From an uncultured Verrucomicrobiae bacterium (GTDB lineage: Bacteria; Verrucomicrobiota; Verrucomicrobiia; Chthoniobacterales; Chthoniobacteraceae), in contig CAWHEP010000002.1 in NCBI GenBank assembly GCA_963828525.1, forward strand, positions 320,001 to 384,000: 64,000 nt of DNA, in the 5' to 3' direction. This document shows, in pieces, positions 10,290-21,262 of this stretch. The notes under the pieces were generated by a model. The model was not told the origin of the DNA, made no database searches, and saw only the letters and a program-made list of their open reading frames with translations. The position numbers were made by a program, and so were the translations under genes. Each line of letters begins with the position of its first letter. Positions within the stretch are counted from its first letter, which is position 1.

Positions 10290-11246
10290 ATGATTGTCCC
10301 TACAGCTGATCTTTACAAAGTCGCATACGGTAAATACGCGGTCGGCGCGTATAACATCAATAACCTCGAGCAGACCATGGGCCTGTTTCGCGGGTGTATA
10401 GACAGCAAGGCCCCTTTCATCATCCAGCTCTCAAAAGGCGCTCGCAAATATGCCGACAAGCGCATGCTCGAAGCCATCATTCGCACAGCCGAGGAAATCT
10501 TTCCCGACGCCATCTACGCCGTCCATCTCGATCATGGCGACGAGGAGTCATGCTACGACTGCATCGATTCGGGCTTTTATAGCTCAGTCATGATCGACGC
10601 CAGCCACGACAGCTTTGAAGAAAACATAGCGATCACCAAACGCGTCGTTGACCGCGCCCACGCCGTCGGCATCAGTGTCGAAGCGGAACTCGGCATGCTC
10701 GGAGGCGTCGAGGAAGACATCAAAGTGGACGAAGGCAACGCCTGCCTTACAAACCCAGAAGAAGCCGTGGAATTCGTTCACCGCACCGGCTGCGACGCCC
10801 TCGCCGCCGCCATAGGCACCAGCCACGGAGCCTACAAATTCAAGGGCCAGCAAAGCCTTCATTTCGAGGTCATCGAGGCCATTCAGCAAAAAATGCCGGG
10901 CACTCCTATCGTAATGCACGGCAGTTCCAGCGTTCCACAATCCGAAGTCGAGCGCATCAATGCGGCGGGCGGCACGCTCGACCCCAGCGCGAGAGGCGTC
11001 AACGAAGAGGAATACCTGCCAGCCGCTAAACTTGGTGTCACAAAGGTCAATATCGACACCGACGGGCGCCTCGTTTGGACCCGCGTCCACCGGGAGTTCT
11101 TCCGCGACAAGCCGTCTGAATTTGATTTCCGCCCGCCAGGCAAAATCTTCATGGACGAATACGCGAAGTTCATCGCCCATAAGAATACAAAGCTTGGCTC
11201 TGCCGGTGAGTTGTCTGCCGTGCGCCAGGCGCTGGGGAAGTCCTAA
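10290..11246 (+). CDS. fba: Class II fructose-bisphosphate aldolase
   Basis: VHLDHG, SSVMIDAS, VEAELG, GTSHGAYK, MHGSSS and KVNIDTD motifs. Confidence 0.95.
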   Translation: MIVPTADLYKVAYGKYAVGAYNINNLEQTMGLFRGCIDSKAPFIIQLSKGARKYADKRMLEAIIRTAEEIFPDAIYAVHLDHGDEESCYDCIDSGFYSSVMIDASHDSFEENIAITKRVVDRAHAVGISVEAELGMLGGVEEDIKVDEGNACLTNPEEAVEFVHRTGCDALAAAIGTSHGAYKFKGQQSLHFEVIEAIQQKMPGTPIVMHGSSSVPQSEVERINAAGGTLDPSARGVNEEEYLPAAKLGVTKVNIDTDGRLVWTRVHREFFRDKPSEFDFRPPGKIFMDEYAKFIAHKNTKLGSAGELSAVRQALGKS

Positions 11247-11351
11247 CCCACCGCGGTCGTATAATTGTAAGGCATCCGGCGACATCCGGTGTCCCGCTTG
11301 CGTTGCGATTGCCCCCGGCGCACTGTAGCGGATTGATGACAGATCCGCGCA

Positions 11352-12197
11352 ATGCAGTTTGACGAGCCGATCCGCATCCTCTCGGATCTGCATTTCGGTC
11401 ATCCCGCAAGTCTGATTCAGGATATTGACCAAATTGCGCCTCTCATAAAAGGCGCGCCTACCGTCATCTTTAACGGCGACACCGTGGAGATGCGCTTCCT
11501 GGAGGATCGCCCCGCCGCGTACGAAAACATGGAGCGCATAGGCGAGCTTTGCCTGTCCCTCGGGGCTCGCGCCGTATTTGTGAACGGCAATCACGACCCC
11601 ATCATCTCCGCTTTCAACCATTTCGATCTCGCGGATGGCGCGATCCTCGTCACCCACGGCGACATGCTCTTTCATGACATCTCCCCATGGAGCGCTGAAG
11701 CGCGCTTCATAGGCCCCGCCCATACCGCCGCCTTGGAGGAAATGGAGGAGGACGTCTTCCACAATTTCGAGGAGAGGCTCAAAGCCAGCAAGCGAGCCGC
11801 TCTCGCCGTCGAGCTTCATAAATCGCGCCTTCCGAGCGGGCGGCTGGCGCGTGTCGCCACCTTCGCGCGCGAGTGCTGGCCTCCCTGGCGCCCGCTTCAG
11901 ATCATTCGGGTCTGGATCATCAGTCCTGCCCGCGCCGTCGCCCTCGGACGTGTATTCAGACCGCAAGCCCGCTTCATCCTCATCGGTCACACCCACTACG
12001 GCGGCATCTGGAAAATGGGGCCGCGCATGATCATTAACACCGGCAGCTTCCTCCCTTTTTCTGGTCGCTCCGCGCTTGAACTGGCCGGCTCCACCCTTTC
12101 CGTTTACGCGATCGAGAAGCGCATGGGCAAGTTCCAGCTCGGACGCGTGACTGACCGATTCGATGTCCGCAAGCTCAAGCCCAGCGAAGGCTTCTGA
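11352..12197 (+). CDS. Calcineurin-like metallophosphoesterase
   Basis: SDLH, NGD, GNHD, HGD and GHTH motifs. Confidence 0.85.
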   Translation: MQFDEPIRILSDLHFGHPASLIQDIDQIAPLIKGAPTVIFNGDTVEMRFLEDRPAAYENMERIGELCLSLGARAVFVNGNHDPIISAFNHFDLADGAILVTHGDMLFHDISPWSAEARFIGPAHTAALEEMEEDVFHNFEERLKASKRAALAVELHKSRLPSGRLARVATFARECWPPWRPLQIIRVWIISPARAVALGRVFRPQARFILIGHTHYGGIWKMGPRMIINTGSFLPFSGRSALELAGSTLSVYAIEKRMGKFQLGRVTDRFDVRKLKPSEGF

Positions 12198-12201
12198 GCG
12201 T

Positions 12202-14184
12202 CTATCTGTGATCCAGCACCTCGCGCACTTTTGTCGCGAGTGTGGATGGTGAAAACGGCTTCGGCAGAAAAGCGATCTCCCGCGACGCGATGCCCTGCTG
12301 CAGCATCTCTTCCTCGTTGTAGCCCGAAGTAAAAAGAACCTTCGTGCCCGGCGACAGAAGGCCGAGACTGTCCGCGAGGCGCTTGCCGCCGATCCGAGGC
12401 ATCACGATGTCGGTCAACAGCAGGTCAATCTTCTGAGTGTCACACTCTCTTATCACATCCATTGCCCGCTCCCCATCACACGCCTCCAAAATCGAGTAAC
12501 CGAGCTTTGTCAGCATCGAAGCAGTCAACTTGCGCACCGAAGAATCGTCCTCCACCAGCAGCACTGTCTCGGTGCCCCCGGGTAACCGGCGTTCCGTCGA
12601 TACCACCGGCGCGATCTGCTCTTCCCTCGGCTCCTCAGCGGCGCTCGCGGGCAGGTAGATATTCACCGTTGTCCCTTTCCCAACCGTGCTCTCCACCGCG
12701 ATATGCCCGCGGCTGTTGCGGATGATCCCGTAGGACGTGGAGAGGCCAAGGCCAGTGCCCTTGCCCACCGCTTTGGTGGTGAAAAATGGCTCAAATATCC
12801 GCTCCTTTATTTCGGGCGCTATCCCCTCGCCAGTGTCCTCGATCGATAGCCGAACATACGCGCCAGGAACCAGTGAAGCGTGATCTTGAACCTGCACCTC
12901 GTCGAAATTCACATTCGCCGTGGTGATCCTAAGCGCCCCTCCCTTTGGCATCGCGTCCGACGCGTTGATCACGATATTCGTGATCACCTGCTCCATTTGC
13001 CCCGCGTCAATCCGCGCTAGCGCGTCGACCGCCCCGAGTTCCTGCGTAAAGCTCACGTTCGCGCCAATTACCCGCTTCAACATCCGCTCCAACCCGGAAA
13101 CCAGATCGTTTACGTCCACCACGCCGCTCTGCGTGACCTGTTTGCGGCTGAACGTTAACAACTGCTGCGTGAGCGTTGCAGCCCGGACCGCCGCCCCATA
13201 GATTTCCTGCGCGTCCTGGTGCGCGAGCTCATCCAGTTCGGGATTGGCTAGCAGTATCTCCGCGAATCCCGTGATGCTCGTCAAAATGTTGTTGAAGTCG
13301 TGCGCCACACCGCCCGCGAGACGCCCAATCGCTTCCATCTTCTGCGCCTGCCGCAGCTCTTCCTCGATGTGTTTGCGTTCCGTTATGTCTCGGCTGATGC
13401 ATACCACCCCGGTTATCTCCCCTTGCGCGTTCCGCAGCGGAATCTTCGTCGTTCGCGCCCATCCTCTCCCCCCGTCCCCGCTCTCCCTCGCCTCCTCACG
13501 GTTGATGATCGCCTCCCCTGTCGAGATCACGTGATGATCGTCCGCCGTGAACCTCTCGGCCCGCTCCCGTTCAAAGAAATCGAACGATGTCCGGTTGTCC
13601 ACGTCTTCCGATGAGCTCACGCCGAGGGATCGCGTATGGGCCGCGTTGCTTAGCACGTAATGCCCGCGGGCGTCCTTCACAAATATCAGGTCTGGCAGCG
13701 CGTCCACGATCGCCCGAAGCATGTCGCGCTCCGTCTGGAGGGCGGCGGAATCGATCTTCCCCGTCTTCTTCTCCCTTGGCTGGAATTCGCTCACATCGGA
13801 GATGAATCCGTTATAGCCCGCCAGCTTTCCCGCCCCGTCGAACACAGGCATCCCCTTTTCTGAAAGCCACTTCTCAACCCCTCCCTTGGTGCGCAGCCGA
13901 TACTGGATCGAGTAACCTTCCTTCCCTTCAGCCGCGCGGCGGATCATCTCTGTTGCCCTTGCCAGATCCTCCTTTGCGATGAGTGACCGAAACAATTCCC
14001 CGGATTCCGCCAGAAGTTCCCCGGGGTTGTGCCCCGTTATCGCGCTGCTGCCGGCGCTCAGGAAAGTAAACGGCCACTTGACCGCGACAGATCTGCTGAA
14101 CGCGATCCCGGGAAGCGCGTCAAGCACCGCTTCGGGATCGAACTCTTGGGAGGATGAAAGTCGCATTGTCATGGCAGTCGCCAT
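12202..14184 (-). CDS. PAS-domain hybrid sensor histidine kinase/response regulator
   Basis: Two PAS/PAC regions, AHDFNN H-box, GTGLGL G-box, C-terminal receiver (LLVEDD...TDIVMP). Confidence 0.92.
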   Translation of the reverse strand: MATAMTMRLSSSQEFDPEAVLDALPGIAFSRSVAVKWPFTFLSAGSSAITGHNPGELLAESGELFRSLIAKEDLARATEMIRRAAEGKEGYSIQYRLRTKGGVEKWLSEKGMPVFDGAGKLAGYNGFISDVSEFQPREKKTGKIDSAALQTERDMLRAIVDALPDLIFVKDARGHYVLSNAAHTRSLGVSSSEDVDNRTSFDFFERERAERFTADDHHVISTGEAIINREEARESGDGGRGWARTTKIPLRNAQGEITGVVCISRDITERKHIEEELRQAQKMEAIGRLAGGVAHDFNNILTSITGFAEILLANPELDELAHQDAQEIYGAAVRAATLTQQLLTFSRKQVTQSGVVDVNDLVSGLERMLKRVIGANVSFTQELGAVDALARIDAGQMEQVITNIVINASDAMPKGGALRITTANVNFDEVQVQDHASLVPGAYVRLSIEDTGEGIAPEIKERIFEPFFTTKAVGKGTGLGLSTSYGIIRNSRGHIAVESTVGKGTTVNIYLPASAAEEPREEQIAPVVSTERRLPGGTETVLLVEDDSSVRKLTASMLTKLGYSILEACDGERAMDVIRECDTQKIDLLLTDIVMPRIGGKRLADSLGLLSPGTKVLFTSGYNEEEMLQQGIASREIAFLPKPFSPSTLATKVREVLDHR

Positions 14185-14261
14185 GAATGCGAGAGTAGCA
14201 AGACCTATTCCAACCTCGCGTTTTGCAGTCTGAACCAGCGAAATTGAGAATGTACAGCAGA

Positions 14262-14287
14262 AACCCGCGAAGTTTCCTTCGCGGGTT
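14262..14287 (-). terminator. Hairpin, probable terminator
   Basis: AACCCGCGAAG-TTTC-CTTCGCGGGTT just downstream of the 14310-14714 gene. Confidence 0.55.
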
Positions 14288-14309
14288 CTTCGGCTGACCG
14301 ATCGAAACC

Positions 14310-14714
14310 TTACTGCCCGGTTGTTGTCGTCGTCGTCGTTGTCTTCTTCACCACCACGTCAGCATCCGCTCTCTTCACGATGATCTTCGAGGCCACCATT
14401 CCATCGGCGTCCTTCGTGTAATACACCGTCACGGGGAGACCCGATTTCACCAGGCTCACATCGACTGGGTTTCCAGATTCGTCCACAACCACCGTTTTCT
14501 TCGTGTAGCTGTAGGTTACCGGCGCGGTGTCGTGCTCCGTCTTCATGACGATCGTGGTGCCGGACGGCGAAAACTCACTCACCGTTCCTGACGTATTTGT
14601 CGTCGATGTCGTCTCCGTCACGGAAGTTTGCGCCTGTGCGAAACCGCCCGCGCAGAGCACGGTGGTTACGATCATCACGCCACAGGATTTCAGAATCAGA
14701 TTAGTTCTTTTCAT
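14310..14714 (-). CDS. Secreted Thr-rich hypothetical protein
   Basis: Signal peptide ending AQA; beta-rich body; poly-Thr tail. Confidence 0.7.
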   Translation of the reverse strand: MKRTNLILKSCGVMIVTTVLCAGGFAQAQTSVTETTSTTNTSGTVSEFSPSGTTIVMKTEHDTAPVTYSYTKKTVVVDESGNPVDVSLVKSGLPVTVYYTKDADGMVASKIIVKRADADVVVKKTTTTTTTTGQ

Positions 14715-14885
14715 ACATTTTTGGATTTTACGGGGTCGGTCCTTCTGTCGGCCCACACCCAGTATTCGTCACGCAGCCTTTCAATGGCCGCATCCGTGAC
14801 CCATTGCCCTTGCCCTGTCTCGCGAGTATGGTCGTCATGCACATGCTCCCATCCGGCAAGAACTGGAGATGCACAGGAAAAAAGA

Positions 14886-15632
14886 ATGAGTCGTAACCAA
14901 GGCTCGTCCCGCATCCCCAACAAGCTCCCAAAAGGCGGCTTGATCCTGGTTGCCGACGATGAGGAAGACGTCGTGGGCCTCGTCGCTTCCAGTCTCCAGA
15001 CCGCCGGCTTCGAGGTCATCTCCGCTCACGATGGCCCCGCTGCGGTCGAGGCCGCGCAAATGAAGGCGCCCGCCCTCATCATTCTTGATCTCATGCTTCC
15101 AGGCTTGTCGGGATTCGAGGTTTGCAGGCTCCTGAAAGGCGATCCCCGCACATACCGCATCCCAATTATTATGCTGTCTGCCAAAGCTCAGGTGAACGAC
15201 CGCGTCGAAGGCCTCGAACTGGGCGCCGATGACTACGTTACCAAGCCTTTCAGCACGCGGGAGCTTGTCCTCAGGGTCAAATCGGTCGTCAGCCGCGCTC
15301 AAAATCCCACTGAGGCCGTTGCCGATTCGATGACCCTCTGCAAGATCACCGTTCATCGCCACACCTTTCAGACTGAAGTCGGAGGCCGCCCCGTCGCCCT
15401 TACCCCCACTGAGTTCAAGCTCCTCACCCTTCTCATGGAGAGATCAGGCCGCGTCCAAAGCCGCGAAAGTCTCCTCACGGAAGTCTGGGGTTACGACGGC
15501 ATGATTGACACCCGCACCGTCGATATCCACGTGCGCAGGCTCCGCGAAAAACTCGGCCACTCCGCCGCGTGCATCGAGACCGTGCGCGGGTTCGGTTACC
15601 TCTTTGACGCGTCCGCGAAGACTAAGTCATGA
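14886..15632 (+). CDS. phoB: OmpR/PhoB family response regulator
   Basis: Receiver (LDLMLPG) plus winged HTH 'VWGYD..IDTRTVDIHVRRLREKL', adjacent to a phoR-like gene. Confidence 0.8.
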   Translation: MSRNQGSSRIPNKLPKGGLILVADDEEDVVGLVASSLQTAGFEVISAHDGPAAVEAAQMKAPALIILDLMLPGLSGFEVCRLLKGDPRTYRIPIIMLSAKAQVNDRVEGLELGADDYVTKPFSTRELVLRVKSVVSRAQNPTEAVADSMTLCKITVHRHTFQTEVGGRPVALTPTEFKLLTLLMERSGRVQSRESLLTEVWGYDGMIDTRTVDIHVRRLREKLGHSAACIETVRGFGYLFDASAKTKS

Positions 15633-15721
15633 GTGAACGCTTCGAGAGACTGGGCTCGGGTTGATGGGAAGGCCGGTTTGAAGCGCTGGCGTCTCCCACA
15701 GTCTCGCCTACTATTGCCATC

Positions 15722-17083
15722 ATGGATGGATTCTGGCTCTGGCTTCTAACCTTGGCTGTTCTCGCTGTCGGCGGCGCCTATGCCTATTCCCTCTTTCTGC
15801 GCCCGCTCCGCGATCTTGAAGACGCGCTGGGCCGCGTCTCTCGGGGAGAGCGCCCGCTCACTTTCGTCCTCGGCGGCGCGGACGTCTTCGGCAGGCTCGG
15901 CTCGAGTATCGAGGCTGTTGCAAATGAGCAGGCGAGACTTCGGAAACAAGCCGAGGAAGGCAGCTTCAATCTGCAGGCGATCCTTTCCAGCATGGAAGAA
16001 GGGGTCATGGTTGTTGATACGGAGCACGTCATCCACCTCGTCAATCAGTCATTCTGCAAGCTTTTCGGCATCGTTGGCAGTCCGCTTCAAAAGACCGTCC
16101 TTCGGGCGCTGCGGGACGCTTCGGTGGAAGAAATCGTCAGAAGCACCCTCCAGGCTGGCGTCTTGCAAACGCGCGAGATTTCCCCGGTCCACCAATCCCG
16201 CGAGGAAATACCCCGTCATTTCGCCGTGAGCGCCGTGCCGCTCTTGGGCCAGGGCGGCGTCATCAGCGGCGTGGTCGTGGTGCTCCACGACATCTCGCGC
16301 CTGCGGCAACTCGAAGAAATCCGCCGTGAATTCGTCGCCAATGTTTCCCATGAGCTCAGGACTCCTCTTTCTATCTTCAGCGGCTATCTCGAAAACCTGA
16401 TCGATAACCCAGCCCGGCCTCGCAAGGAACTCCTCGCAACCTTCGAGATCATGGAGAAGCACTCGCGCCGCCTTAACGCTCTCCTCTACGATCTTCTCAC
16501 CCTCGCGCGGCTCGAATCCAAGCGGGAACTCCTCGAGCCCGAATCCATCCGCCTCGCCCCGTTCCTCCGGCAAATCGCCAGCGATTGGAAAATGAAGCTG
16601 GAACAAAAAAAGATCACCCTCGCTCTCAATATTCCCCAAGAGACGGCCTCGTTCACCGCTGATTCGTTGCGGATGGAGCAAATCCTTAACAACCTCATAG
16701 ATAACGCCATCAAATACACGCCGGAAGGGGGCAGCATCCGCATTGATACCCTTTGCAATGAGGACTCGGTTACCATCCGCGTGGAGGACAGCGGCATTGG
16801 CATACCCGCGCGCGATCTCCCTCACATCTTCGAGCGTTTCTACCGCGTCGAAAAAGCTCGCAGCCGCGATGCCGGCGGCACCGGCCTCGGCCTTTCCATC
16901 GTGAAACACATCGTGAGTCTCCACGGTGGCAGCGTCCAGGCCGAAAGCTCTCCGGGTAAAGGCACCGCCATCACGTTTGTCATACCGCGCGAATTCCCGT
17001 TGGACCCGGATGCAACAAACCCCGAATCTCAGCCCGGGTCCGAAGCGCCGGCGGTCGCCCCCGCTGCGGATATTGTTTCTTGA
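15722..17083 (+). CDS. phoR: PhoR-like sensor histidine kinase
   Basis: TM-HAMP-PAS; RREFVANVSHELRTPL; KARSRDAGGTGLGLSIVKH. Confidence 0.82.
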   Translation: MDGFWLWLLTLAVLAVGGAYAYSLFLRPLRDLEDALGRVSRGERPLTFVLGGADVFGRLGSSIEAVANEQARLRKQAEEGSFNLQAILSSMEEGVMVVDTEHVIHLVNQSFCKLFGIVGSPLQKTVLRALRDASVEEIVRSTLQAGVLQTREISPVHQSREEIPRHFAVSAVPLLGQGGVISGVVVVLHDISRLRQLEEIRREFVANVSHELRTPLSIFSGYLENLIDNPARPRKELLATFEIMEKHSRRLNALLYDLLTLARLESKRELLEPESIRLAPFLRQIASDWKMKLEQKKITLALNIPQETASFTADSLRMEQILNNLIDNAIKYTPEGGSIRIDTLCNEDSVTIRVEDSGIGIPARDLPHIFERFYRVEKARSRDAGGTGLGLSIVKHIVSLHGGSVQAESSPGKGTAITFVIPREFPLDPDATNPESQPGSEAPAVAPAADIVS

Positions 17084-17120
17084 CGCCCCGGGTACTGCTT
17101 CCCCGAAAGTCCGTCCCCTT

Positions 17121-18084
17121 ATGCCGCGCATCCTTTCGGGTATCAAGCCCACCGGCAGGCTCCACATCGGCAACTACTTTGCGATGATGCGCCCCGCTAT
17201 CGATTGGCAGGAGAAGGGCGAGGCGCTTTATTTCATCGCCGATTACCACGCCCTTACAACCCTCCACGATCCTAAGCTGCTGCGTGAGGTACTCCTACCT
17301 GGTCGCTCTCGACTTCCTGGCCTGCGGACTCGATCCCGCCAAGGCCGTCCTCTTCCGCCAGTCCGATGTCCCGTTGGTCGCCGAACTGGCGTGGATCCTG
17401 AGCACCCTCACCCCGATGGGTCTCCTCGAGCGCTGCCATGCGTACAAGGATCATCTGGCGAAGAACCTCAACCCCTCCCACGGCCTGTTCGCGTATCCAG
17501 TCCTGATGGCTGCCGACATCCTCATCTACGACAGCGATATCGTTCCGGTTGGCAAAGACCAGAAGTCGCACATCGAGGTCGCTCGCGACCTGGCCGTTAA
17601 GATGAACGAAACCTTCGGGCACATCTTCAAGCTGCCGGAACCCAGCATTGTCCGGGAAGTCGAGACGATCCCCGGCCTCGACGGCCGCAAGATGAGCAAG
17701 AGCTACGGCAACACCGTCGAGCTATTCATGGACGAAAAAAGTCTGCGAAAGAAAATCATGGGCATGGTGACAGACTCGACCCCAGTCGAGGCGCCGAAGA
17801 ACCCCGACCAGTCCGCCATCGTCCATCTCTACAAGCTTTTTGCCTCGCCGGAAGACGTTGCGCGGATGGAACATGATTTCCGGCAAGGCGGCGTCGGTTA
17901 TGGCGATTTCAAGAAACGCCTCTTTTCTCAGATGTGGGAGTTTTTCGCGCCGATGCGCGAGCGGCGCGAGCAGATTGAACCTGGTTACGTTAACGAGGTT
18001 CTAAAGGCGGGAGCCGGGCGCGCGAACGAACTCGCCCATGCTACCATGCAGCGGGTTTACAAAGGTGTGGGCTTGCGGCCCTAG
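17121..18084 (+). CDS. trpS: Tryptophan--tRNA ligase (frameshift near 17290, likely sequencing error)
   Basis: ILSGIKPTGRLHIGNY, YPVLMAADIL, VPVGKDQ and KMSKS motifs split over two frames. Confidence 0.93.
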
Positions 18085-18092
18085 TCTCGGCT

Positions 18093-18605
18093 CTACTGCC
18101 CTGCCTGTGCCCGGGTGGCCAGCACCCGCTCCTTGAGGTCAGTGCTCTCAGCCTGCAACACCTTGGCCCCACCCTGGTATTCCACCGTCACTTCGTGATT
18201 TTTTAGCGACACTAGCTTGACCTGTGTCCCGGCTGGCAGGCGCGCTTCTCCAGCCGGCGCTCCGTTTACAACCACCGGAAAAGAAGCCGGGGCCTTTAGC
18301 GCGACAACTTTCGGCCATTCCGCGGGAGACGCTTCCAGGGAGGCCCAGTCAAACGGGCTTGGCGCGCTTTGTAGCGGATGGTTGGGCGCCCCTGCTGCGA
18401 CGGGCCCAGCGGAAACGGTTGCCGGCGTCGGCGGACTGCTTCTGCTGGAAAATCCACTCTTTAGATCATTGAAGATGGCCACCGGTATCTGGAGCATGTC
18501 CTCCGGCTTCTCCCCGAATACAACCAAAACGAACAGAGTCAGTAGCACGATCCCTATCAGCGACGGCAGCCAGGCGGAACCGGCACTCTTATCTCGTGTC
18601 TTCAT
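18093..18605 (-). CDS. Hypothetical membrane-anchored protein
   Basis: N-terminal TM, Pro/Ala linker, small beta domain. Confidence 0.6.
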   Translation of the reverse strand: MKTRDKSAGSAWLPSLIGIVLLTLFVLVVFGEKPEDMLQIPVAIFNDLKSGFSSRSSPPTPATVSAGPVAAGAPNHPLQSAPSPFDWASLEASPAEWPKVVALKAPASFPVVVNGAPAGEARLPAGTQVKLVSLKNHEVTVEYQGGAKVLQAESTDLKERVLATRAQAGQ

Positions 18606-18721
18606 TCGCTAGACCTACATGCTCACCTGTCCGCTGGCAAGCCAGACCGCTCCCCGTCCGGCATCCTGAATTACTGACTCGCATCGCCGCTGATAACATT
18701 CACTTCTAATCGCGCCAGGTA

Positions 18722-18737
18722 TGGCACAAGAGCTGCT
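18722..18737 (+). promoter_or_regulatory. Sigma-54 (-24/-12) promoter of pilin 1
   Basis: TGGCACAAGAGCTGCT, exact GG-N10-GC spacing, about 60 bp before the ATG. Confidence 0.7.
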
Positions 18738-18796
18738 TTAATTCCGTCCCAAGCGATCATTCGCGCAAAACAACCCATAACCAAATAATACATCCT

Positions 18797-19204
18797 ATGT
18801 TACAGAAACTTAACAAGAATCGCGGGGGCTTTACCCTCGTTGAAATCATGATTGTAGTTGCGATCATCGCTTTGTTGGCGGCGATCGCGGTGCCTAACTT
18901 CCTCCGTGCTCGCAAACGCTCCCAAGCGACTCGCGTTCTCGAGGATCTCCGCATGCTGGATTCCGCTCTCGACCAGTACGCGATCGAAACCAGCAAGACC
19001 ACTGGCTTCTCGGCTACCTTCACTGACCTCAAAAACTACCTGAAGACGGGCACCACGCTTTACAGCACCGGCACCGATCTCTTCGGCAACCTGTACGGCA
19101 ACTCCGGAACGTTCTCCGTGGACTTCGTTCCTAAAGTCCCTGCCGCTTCCTTCAACTCCTTGTCCGATGTGGCGCCCAACACGTTCTGGTCGCCCTACAT
19201 GTAA
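18797..19204 (+). CDS. Type IV pilin-like protein (prepilin N-methylation motif)
   Basis: G|FTLVEIMIVVAIIALLAAIAVPNF. Confidence 0.9.
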   Translation: MLQKLNKNRGGFTLVEIMIVVAIIALLAAIAVPNFLRARKRSQATRVLEDLRMLDSALDQYAIETSKTTGFSATFTDLKNYLKTGTTLYSTGTDLFGNLYGNSGTFSVDFVPKVPAASFNSLSDVAPNTFWSPYM

Positions 19205-19226
19205 GACTCGGAAAACATCAACCTTC

Positions 19227-19272
19227 AAGCGCCCGGTTGTCCGCGAAAGCGGCGGCTGGGCGTTTTGCTTTT
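19227..19272 (+). terminator. Rho-independent terminator
   Basis: GC-rich stem with GAAA loop followed by TTTTGCTTTT. Confidence 0.7.
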
Positions 19273-19338
19273 CACAGGCGCCTCCCGCGCGCTCTCGCGT
19301 CTTGTCTTTTTGACAGGCAAGCTTGAGACTTGGCACGA

Positions 19339-21249
19339 ATGAAAGCTTGCACATCCCCCCTGTTCGCGTTCCTCGTTTGCGTGGCGGCCCTCCCTACAGC
19401 GCCCGCCGGGTCGCAAACTCCTCCCGTCCTCCAAATCGACGCCAGCAGCGTGACTGCCCATGTAAGCCCGACTCTGTACGGACTCATGACGGAGGAGATT
19501 AACCATTCCTACGACGGCGGCCTGTACGGCGAATTGCTCCAGAATCGCATTTTCAAGGATGATCCCGTGGCCCCCGTCCATTGGACCCTCGTTCAGGATG
19601 CCGGAGCCGCCGGAGCCATCTCTCTCGACGACAATCAGCGCGCGAACGAAACTGCTCTCACCACTAGTCTGCGCGTCAAGATCGAACGCGCTTCGCCAGC
19701 CCAGCGAGTCGGTGTCGCGAACGACGGCTTCTGGGGTATCCCCATCCGCCCCGAGACTCGTTACCGCGCCTCCTTTTACGCCAAAGCCGATGGCTTCGCC
19801 GGTCCCCTCACCGTCGCTATCGAATCCGCCGATGGAACCGCCGTCCACGCCACCGCGCAGGTCCCGGCGCTCTCTTCCGCCTGGAAGCAATACACAGTCA
19901 GCCTGGTCACCGGAAAGATGTCCGCTTCGGCGAATAACCGTTTCGTCATTTCTGCCAACACTCCCGGCACGATCTGGCTCAACCTCGTTTCACTCTTCCC
20001 GCCCACTTTTAAAGACCGCCCAAACGGCAACCGCCCCGATCTCATGCAACTCCTCGCGGACATGAAACCGGCCTTCCTCCGCCTGCCCGGTGGAAATTAC
20101 CTCGAAGGAGATACCGTCCCCACGCGTTTCGATTGGAAGAAGACCATCCACGATCTCGCCGACCGCCCCGGACACCAGGGGCCGTGGCGCTACCGTTCCA
20201 GCGATGGACTTGGCCTCCTCGAATTCCTGGAATGGTGCGAAGACATCGATGTCCAGCCAGTCCTCGCCGTCTATGCGGGCTTTTCGATGAAGCAACCGCC
20301 TGTGACATGCGGCCCCGCGATGCAGCCCTACGTTCAGGACGCCTTGGACGAACTGGAATACGCCACGTCGGATCAACGCGCCACATGGGGAGCCGAACGA
20401 GCCAAAGATGGCCATCCCGCCCCCTTCAAAATCACCTATGTGGAAATTGGCAACGAAGACGCCTATGACAAATCTCACAGCTACGATGCCCGCTTCACCC
20501 AATTCTTCGACGCCATAAAGGCGAAATATCCGAAATTGCAGGTCATCGCCACCGCCCACGTCAGGACTAGAACACCCGATCTTTACGACGAGCATTATTA
20601 CCGCTCCGCGCAACGCTTCGAGAACGACGTCCACCACTACGATAAATACAGCCGCACAGGCCCCAAGGTCTTTGTCGGGGAATGGGCCACAATGGAAGGG
20701 TCACCCACCCCGAACATGAACGCCGCTCTCAGCGATGCCGCTTGGATGACCGGCATGGAGCGCAATTCAGACGTCGTCGTGCTCGAATCCTACGCGCCTC
20801 TGTTCGTTAATGTGAACCCCGGTGGTTACCGTTGGAAAACCAACCTCATCGGCTACGACGCCACCACCAGTTTTGGCTCCCCTTCATACTACGCGCAAAA
20901 GATCTTCAGCCTCAACCATGGCGACACTGTTCTTAAAACGACGATGGCAGACCTTCCCGGCTTCTTCCATTGTGTCACTCGGGACAGCAGCCAGGGAACA
21001 ATCTACCTCAAAGCGGTAAACACCTCCGCAGCGCCTCAGCAAATCTCCATCTCCATTCAGGGCGTCACCAGCGTCGCCTCGGATGCCTCCATGGTCCTGC
21101 TTTCGGCGACTGGCCCGGCGGACACAAACTCCATCACCGAGCCCGTCAAGGTCGTGCCTGTCACGTCAAACATCAGCGGACTATCGGCCAACTTTCCTCA
21201 CATCTTCCCGCCTTACTCCATCACGATCCTGAAGCTGGCCGCGAAATAG
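19339..21249 (+). CDS. GH51 alpha-L-arabinofuranosidase
   Basis: EEINHSYDGGLYGEL, FLRLPGGNYLEG, EIGNED, VGEWA and SYAPLF motifs; signal peptide. Confidence 0.92.
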   Translation: MKACTSPLFAFLVCVAALPTAPAGSQTPPVLQIDASSVTAHVSPTLYGLMTEEINHSYDGGLYGELLQNRIFKDDPVAPVHWTLVQDAGAAGAISLDDNQRANETALTTSLRVKIERASPAQRVGVANDGFWGIPIRPETRYRASFYAKADGFAGPLTVAIESADGTAVHATAQVPALSSAWKQYTVSLVTGKMSASANNRFVISANTPGTIWLNLVSLFPPTFKDRPNGNRPDLMQLLADMKPAFLRLPGGNYLEGDTVPTRFDWKKTIHDLADRPGHQGPWRYRSSDGLGLLEFLEWCEDIDVQPVLAVYAGFSMKQPPVTCGPAMQPYVQDALDELEYATSDQRATWGAERAKDGHPAPFKITYVEIGNEDAYDKSHSYDARFTQFFDAIKAKYPKLQVIATAHVRTRTPDLYDEHYYRSAQRFENDVHHYDKYSRTGPKVFVGEWATMEGSPTPNMNAALSDAAWMTGMERNSDVVVLESYAPLFVNVNPGGYRWKTNLIGYDATTSFGSPSYYAQKIFSLNHGDTVLKTTMADLPGFFHCVTRDSSQGTIYLKAVNTSAAPQQISISIQGVTSVASDASMVLLSATGPADTNSITEPVKVVPVTSNISGLSANFPHIFPPYSITILKLAAK

Positions 21250-21262
21250 ACGCCCTGTCGTC

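Noticed and set aside
10584..11996. Long antisense ORFs (e.g. 10584-11996, 16049-17173, 26987-27895, 50521-51564, 57978-59453)
   Set aside because: Shadow frames of well-supported genes in GC-rich DNA, with no recognisable motifs.
17121..18084. Frameshift in trpS (and in the SDR, Fur, TBDRs, DUF3037 and the 54-60 kb genes) as programmed frameshifting or mass pseudogenisation
   Set aside because: Indels are scattered through many unrelated genes, including an essential one, with no obvious slippery sites. Long-read consensus error is the simplest explanation; read polishing would confirm.
18797..19204. Pilin as an electrically conductive e-pilin (15 of 124 mature residues aromatic)
   Set aside because: No aromatic residue at position 27, no cytochrome genes nearby, and the criterion itself is weak.
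19331..19347. TGGCAC motifs before GH51 and at about 60118 as sigma-54 promoters
   Set aside because: No GC at the required -12 spacing.
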